Below, piece by piece: positions 58,672 through 64,000 of a stretch of DNA of 64,000 bases; within the stretch, counting starts at the first letter, position 1, and each line of letters opens with the position of its first letter. The DNA lies in the IMG/VR virus record IMGVR_UViG_3300044652_000032, positions 31,183-95,182 of that record. One strand, 5' to 3'. Under the pieces are notes generated by a model. The model had not been told where the DNA came from, searched no databases, and saw only the letters and a program-made list of their open reading frames with translations. The stretch comes from a virus (Duplodnaviria; Caudoviricetes). A program made the translations under genes and the position numbers.

Positions 58672-59238
58672 ATGAGCGACGAACTGTGGATGCAGACGGC
58701 CAACGGGCGCAAGTTCCCGCTGTTGGATCCGCGCCCCGAGCACGTCTTCGCCGACGACATTATCTCGGCGCTGCCGCTGATACCGTGCTTCACTGGCGCG
58801 CAGAAGGCCGGAAAGTGGGACTGGCCGTACAGCGTAGCGCAGCACTGCACTCTGGTCTCGCGGCTGGTAGCACCCGAGCTGGCGCTGGACGCGCTGCTGC
58901 ACGACGCGTGGAAGGTTTACGTCGGCGACCTCACGCGCCCGCTCAACCACCTGCTCAACGACATCAGCAACGGACGCTGGGGCGACGTCCGCAACCGCAT
59001 CCGTCAGGCCGTGGCCGTGCGGTTCGGCGTTCGATGGCCGCTGCCCGACGCCGTGGAGGAAGCCGACCGACTGGCGCGTGCCATAGAACTGCGCGACGTT
59101 ATGCCCAAGGTGCCGGAACTTTGGGACTTAGTGCTACCGGATCCGCCCGCCAACCGCGACATCTTCGTCTGGTCGCCCGATACGACTCGTAAGACCTTCG
59201 CCGCACGCTGGCGTGAGTTACAGCCGGAGATATTTTGA
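58672..59238 (+). CDS. HD-domain 5'-deoxynucleotidase (YfbR-like), atypical active site
   Basis: YSVAQHC, LLHDAWKVYVGD, EADR. Confidence 0.8.
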   Translation: MSDELWMQTANGRKFPLLDPRPEHVFADDIISALPLIPCFTGAQKAGKWDWPYSVAQHCTLVSRLVAPELALDALLHDAWKVYVGDLTRPLNHLLNDISNGRWGDVRNRIRQAVAVRFGVRWPLPDAVEEADRLARAIELRDVMPKVPELWDLVLPDPPANRDIFVWSPDTTRKTFAARWRELQPEIF

Positions 59239-61109
59239 TGCAGCTATCCTTACTGACCAAGCCCGCTCCCACGCCCGACGCCGCGCCGCGTTGGCAACCG
59301 CCGCGCACGCTTCCGTCGTTGCAGGGTGTCAAGCGGATTTCTTGGGACTGTGAGACGTCAGGACTGAATCCCTTCAGCGACCGTGCGGTCGGTTTCAGTC
59401 TGGCACTGCGTCGCGGCGGGGATGTCGAGCAGCACTACTTGCCCGTGGGGCACAGCGAAGGCAACCTGCCGCTGGCGCTGGTGCAGGAGTGGGCGGCGCG
59501 TGAGCTGCCGGGTAAGGACGTCGTCTTCGCCAACGCAAAGTTCGACGTGCATTTTGCGCTCCGCGCCGGTATAGACTTTGAGGCCATAGGCGTCCGCCCG
59601 CACGACGTCGCCTTCAAGGATGCTCTGTTGGACGACGAGCGCGTCGCGGGGCACGGCCTCGACCAGATGGCGGCTCGCTACTGCGGCGAGGGCAAGATGC
59701 CCTTCCCCGGCGCGCACATGGACGCCATGCCCTCGTGGCGGGTTGCGCCCTACGCCATGCACGACGCCCGCGTGACGCTGCTCGTGGACGAGGCTACGGA
59801 TCCGCTGATACGCGAGCAGGGTCTGGAGCGGGTGTTGGCGCTTGAGGACGCGCTCATCTACTGCACCTGCCATATTGAGCGGGTAGGCTCGCGAATTGAC
59901 GTAGAGAAGTTGGACAGGTGGCGACGTGAAGCTCATCAGGCGTTGGAGGGATGTCTGTGGCAGCTGCACAGCATGACGGGGCTGCAGATTAACCCCACCA
60001 GCCCCGAAGACCTTATGCGCCTCTGCCGTCAGACGGGCGTACCTATCCCGAAGGAACGGACGGGGGCAACGGCGCGTCACCCGCAGGGGCAGGTCAGCTT
60101 CACGGACGAGGTGGTGGAACGCCTTGCCGCCGGTAACCCGGCATTCGCCGTCGCGTTGCGCGCCCGCCGCGTAAAGAGTCTGCTGGTCAAATTCTTGGAC
60201 AAGTTCTGGGACTCGCTGGACGGTGACGTACTTCGCGCGCAGTACCACCAGATGAAGACCGATGACGAGTCGGGCACGGTCTCGGGGCGCTACTCCTCCG
60301 CGGGAGGCGGTGCGGAGGACAACGGTTACAGCTTCAACGCGCAACAGACAATCAAGCCCTCGGCGCAAAAGAAGGACGGCACGGACAGGTGGACAATCCG
60401 CCGACTGTTCATCCCCGCCGACGGGATGCGGTACTTCGCCGTGGACGCCAAGCAGATTGAGTACCGATTGTTCGGCCACTTCGCCGGAGCGCAACGCATT
60501 ATAGACGCCTACAACAACGACGAGCTGACCGACATGCACCAAGTGGCCACCGATATCGCGGCACAGCACGCACCGCAGATGGCCGCGCAGTGGGGCGCGA
60601 AGTTCCGCGACCACGTTAAGAACGTCAACTTCGCCCGGCTCTACGGCGCGCGGCCCAAGAAGATAGCCTCCATGCTGGGCATTACCGAGCGGGACGCCGA
60701 AGCGTTCGTCGCCGTGCTGGACAAGGTCTTCCCCGAGGCCGCGCCCTACCTGCGGCGCAAGGCTGCCGAGGCGGAGCAGCGCGGCTTCGTCACCACGCTG
60801 CTGGGACGCCGCGCCCGCTTCACCAGCGAGCAGAACCGGCGCGGCACGCACTCGGCGGTGAACAGAGTCATACAGGGTACGGCAGCCGACCTCATGAAGT
60901 TGAAGATGCTGCGGGTGTACAACGAGCGCAAGACGCTGGGCATTACGGCCATCCGCCAGACCATCCACGACGAGCTGGACGGCGACGTGCTGCCCGACCC
61001 CGTGTACGAGCGGCGGATGGCGGAGTGCTTCGCCGTGCAGGAGGTCAAGCTCAAGGTGCCTCTGGCGTGGTCGTTGGCTCTTGCGGATAACTGGTTGGAG
61101 GCGAAATGA
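59238..61109 (+). CDS. polA: Family A DNA polymerase with 3'-5' exonuclease
   Basis: DCETSGL, NAKFD, YAMHD; DAKQIEYR, KNVNFARLYG, NRVIQGTAAD, HDE. Confidence 0.95.
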   Translation: MQLSLLTKPAPTPDAAPRWQPPRTLPSLQGVKRISWDCETSGLNPFSDRAVGFSLALRRGGDVEQHYLPVGHSEGNLPLALVQEWAARELPGKDVVFANAKFDVHFALRAGIDFEAIGVRPHDVAFKDALLDDERVAGHGLDQMAARYCGEGKMPFPGAHMDAMPSWRVAPYAMHDARVTLLVDEATDPLIREQGLERVLALEDALIYCTCHIERVGSRIDVEKLDRWRREAHQALEGCLWQLHSMTGLQINPTSPEDLMRLCRQTGVPIPKERTGATARHPQGQVSFTDEVVERLAAGNPAFAVALRARRVKSLLVKFLDKFWDSLDGDVLRAQYHQMKTDDESGTVSGRYSSAGGGAEDNGYSFNAQQTIKPSAQKKDGTDRWTIRRLFIPADGMRYFAVDAKQIEYRLFGHFAGAQRIIDAYNNDELTDMHQVATDIAAQHAPQMAAQWGAKFRDHVKNVNFARLYGARPKKIASMLGITERDAEAFVAVLDKVFPEAAPYLRRKAAEAEQRGFVTTLLGRRARFTSEQNRRGTHSAVNRVIQGTAADLMKLKMLRVYNERKTLGITAIRQTIHDELDGDVLPDPVYERRMAECFAVQEVKLKVPLAWSLALADNWLEAK

Positions 61110-61266
61110 GCAAGAAAAAGAAAACTCGCGAGGCCGTGAAGGCAGCAGATGAGGCTGTGACAGCGTTGAAGGACGCGGGCGTCATCGCGCCCGACGCTAA
61201 GGTGGAGGTCCGCGTTCACGGCCAGCGACGCAAGGTCAAAAAGCAGCAGCGCAAGCCGCGATAGCT

Positions 61267-61725
61267 ATGGCCGTCAATATCCGAGACGAGGTTTATGCGC
61301 CCAGCCACCATCGTCGGTGGAACAAGGTGCTGCGCTCGAACAAGCCTGTGGTGCTGGCCGAGGAGCGATGCTTCTACTGTGACGCGGAGACGCCGCCCGA
61401 CGAGCGCAGCGTTGACCATGTCATCTCCCGTTCGGTTGGCGGCACGGACGACTACATAAACCTCGTGATGGCCTGCCGGCGCTGCAACACTTTGAAGGAA
61501 AAGTTCCGCGAGCAGAAGCGCACCCGCAAGCACGGTGCGCTCGGGGCGTTCGAGGCTTTTCTTGCTCACCTTTGCAACGACCATGGAGTAAGCGCGCAAC
61601 TGGCCGAGCGTGCGCGCACGCGGTACTTGGCCGCCACCGATTACCTGCGCTGGCTGAGCGGCGCTGACTCCCGGCTGGTCGTTATTTCAGACTTAACGAA
61701 CGCACTGAGGATGGCGCGATTATGA
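61267..61725 (+). CDS. HNH endonuclease
   Basis: CFYC...VDHVI.RS.GG...NLVMACRRCN..K. Confidence 0.9.
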   Translation: MAVNIRDEVYAPSHHRRWNKVLRSNKPVVLAEERCFYCDAETPPDERSVDHVISRSVGGTDDYINLVMACRRCNTLKEKFREQKRTRKHGALGAFEAFLAHLCNDHGVSAQLAERARTRYLAATDYLRWLSGADSRLVVISDLTNALRMARL

Positions 61726-62171
61726 GCGAGAAGTTAACGGCAGGCCCGAAAACGGATAGGCTCGTCGGCGAGCGCGTGATGCGCTGGACGGTTGTGTACT
61801 TCGACCGACTGTACAACCCGCGCCACTCGGACGAGTGGTCGCAGGATGGGCCGCACAAGACGCCGCAGGAGTGCCGACATACTGCTGTCGCATACTGGCA
61901 GGATGAGGAGGGCTATTATCCTGCGGAGGTTGAAGCGTGGAAGCCTTCGTATGAATCGGCTGCCGCGTTCGACGTCATAGAGGAGTTGAACAGGCAGGGC
62001 TACATGGTCAGCGTTGACTTCTGCCCTACACAGGAGCGCGGCCCGTGGTACGCCGTGAGCGCACTGCGCGAAGATGGCGAGCACTGCTTTAAGGTCGAGG
62101 CTATTGAGGCCGACACCTCCTTCCCGCTAGCCGTGTGCCGCGTGGCACTGGCCCTCGTAGTAGAGAAATGA
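61722..62171 (+). CDS. Phage ABA-sandwich-like protein
   Basis: AGPKTDRLVGERVM.W...PSYESAAAFDVIE...PLAVCRVAL. Confidence 0.6.
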   Translation: MSEKLTAGPKTDRLVGERVMRWTVVYFDRLYNPRHSDEWSQDGPHKTPQECRHTAVAYWQDEEGYYPAEVEAWKPSYESAAAFDVIEELNRQGYMVSVDFCPTQERGPWYAVSALREDGEHCFKVEAIEADTSFPLAVCRVALALVVEK

Positions 62172-63595
62172 TTGAGGAGGTAGTCACAGCCGATTGGAGG
62201 AGTACGCCCGTCACGGTGGTGTGGAACGACGATATGCGCTTCGACGCTATGGCGCGTATTTTGAGAGAAACGGAGTCCGTGCGCGTCGAGCCGCTTATAG
62301 ACGGCAGCGTCAGAAAGACGAGGACGGGCGAGCGTCGCGTTACAGGCTACGTGCGCTTTCAGGACTCCGTGCTGCACAAGTTGCGCGCCGAGGATATAAC
62401 CATGTACCTCGGCGGCAACTACGTCACGCTGTTCATCAACCCGGACGTGGAGCTACGCGGCGAGTTTGAAGAGGCGGTCGTGCCGTGGACGGACGAACTG
62501 TGGTTCAAAGGCGAGAGGATATTCAAGCCATGAGTAAAGACATTACAAGGCGCACGTCCGAAGACTACGAGGTCGTCCGCGTGCCAAAGGATTGCATACC
62601 CGAGGGCGCACGGCTGGTCGAGGCCTACGAGACCGCGACGGAGGTAGTGGTCTGCGGCGACCCACCTCCAGAGCCGGAGGGCTTGGACGAGGAGCAGTAC
62701 GTGGCCTACTACCAGACGGCGCACAACTGCGACCTGATGGGCTGCGGCACGCTGTCGCACGTCGTGTACCGCTTCCGCAAGGGTGAGGCCGAGAAAGCCT
62801 TCGATCTGTTGGAGCGTGCCGTGGGAATGATGGAGCACGCTGCGCCAGACAAGACGTGGTTCGAGGAGTACTTCGCACTCACGGGTGAGCACATGATCCT
62901 GACCGAAGACGGGTGGACGGAGGGCGCAGCCAAGCCGGATTACCTTCCGGAAGAAATTCTGGCCGAGGTCAACGCTCCTCAGAACGGAGATGAACGATGA
63001 TAGAACAGAAGCGTAGCGCCAGCGCAGCCGAGCGCATAGCGCACTTGGAGGCCGGAGGGTTGCTGGTCACGGGCGACCCCGACCACATCGAGTTCCTCCG
63101 CTACGAGATATGGCGCTTCGCCAAGGACAAGCCGCTCGCTAAGCACCTCGGCGGTTACGGCTGGGGCAGCGCACTGGGGTTGCCGAAGGATCGGCTAGCC
63201 GATATCCTGAACGAGCCATGGAAGTGGGTCTGTGTGCCGAGGTGTACCACGACCGAGGAGGCCGAGCAGTCGGCTCGCAAAGCGCTGGAGGCCGTAGGCC
63301 ACTACGAGGATTACGAGTGGGTGTGGGACGTCGGCGAGGAGCGGGAGCCGAACGTGACGCCATGAATCAGCGACGACCGATGGCCTTCAGGAACGAACAG
63401 GGGGCGCACCGTCTGCCTGCTGAACACGGACGGCACGCTCGTAAGGGGCGCGGGCTTCACGTGGCGGGAGGTGGCCGAGCACCTGCTGCGCTGCTACCAG
63501 AGCGCGTTGGACGGGCAGACCGCCCTGCGCTCCGAGTTCCTGAGCGATCTCGAGCAGCTACGCGAGGGCATGGCGCACGGGCGCTCGGACGGCAG

Positions 63596-63635
63596 TTAAA
63601 AAATACTTGTTTTTATGCGCATCACGTTTTATAGT
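63596..63635 (+). promoter_or_regulatory. Repeated promoter (TTGTTT-17-TATAGT)
   Basis: -35 at 63607-63612, -10 at 63630-63635. Confidence 0.75.
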
Positions 63636-63821
63636 TATGTCACTCCACGCGCGTCCGTAGGCCACGGAATGTCGCATTCAACCGGCGGTTCGGTGCCCAG
63701 AGCGCTGAACTCGCTCCGAAAACCGAATCCGCTGGTGGCATCCGCTGCCGCTTACCAACTCTGGGAAGGTAAGTGCGCGGCGGTTTTGCTTTTAAGGCTC
63801 TTCCCGAACAGGACGAATCGT

Positions 63822-64000
63822 ATGGCGCAGGGACATCCGCCCTCCTTCCCGTTTTACCCGAACGACTTCGCCGCCGATGGTAAAGTTGAGGCCATGACGA
63901 CGGAAGAGGTGGGTGCCTACATCCTGCTGCTGTGCAAGGCGTGGTGGGAAAACCCCGCAGGCAGCATTCCAAACGACGACCGCACGCTCGCGCGTTGGGC
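63822..64000 (+). CDS. DUF1376/YdaU-like replication protein, 3'-partial
   Basis: PSFPFYPNDFAAD...MTTEEVGAYILLLC..W...SIPNDD..LAR. Confidence 0.8.
   Translation, partial: MAQGHPPSFPFYPNDFAADGKVEAMTTEEVGAYILLLCKAWWENPAGSIPNDDRTLARW

Noticed and set aside
58672-61109. 2-aminoadenine (Z-genome) system suggested by HD hydrolase next to Pol A
   Set aside because: No PurZ/adenylosuccinate synthetase-like gene in the window; the HD site is atypical.
1-64000. Integrase, endolysin, terminase, portal, tRNAs, alternative genetic code
   Set aside because: None recognisable in this window; ORFs tile well under the standard code, so lifestyle cannot be determined here.

Overview
A 64-kb segment of a GC-rich, long-tailed dsDNA phage (siphovirus-like, HK97-fold capsid) genome; no integrase, tRNA, rRNA or CRISPR array is visible. 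It has three blocks. (1) 1-24.3 kb, + strand: virion module (partial MuF-like head protein, a 1039-aa modular prohead protease, major capsid, neck, tail tube, frameshifting tail chaperone, tape measure, GTA-type Dit/hub/NlpC-P60/tail tip, S74-capped tail spike) with a few inserted accessory genes. (2) 24.3-47.5 kb, - strand: about 50 mostly small early/recombination genes (DnaB, RusA, SSAP, NinB, RNase H, SpoT-like HD, SLOG, an initiator with iterons), driven by repeated sigma70-type promoters with a TTGTTT -35. (3) 47.7-64 kb, + strand: XRE regulator, vWA, beta clamp, a four-SSPPY methyltransferase, a DNA hypermodification cluster (ParB-like, TET/JBP, FkbM, amino acid:DNA transferase, CX5R phosphatase, P-loop kinase), HD nucleotidase, family A polymerase, HNH and a DUF1376-type initiator. 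Most notable: head proteins built as K-S-punctuated polyproteins carrying swappable low-GC cargo behind a 'KGSPDQPRDDHGRW' tag; the thymine-hypermodification-like cluster; the methyltransferase with four catalytic motifs; a dispersed ~75-bp element found in both coding and non-coding DNA; and two large structured intergenic RNA candidates. All family calls come from visual motif recognition; no database searches were run.
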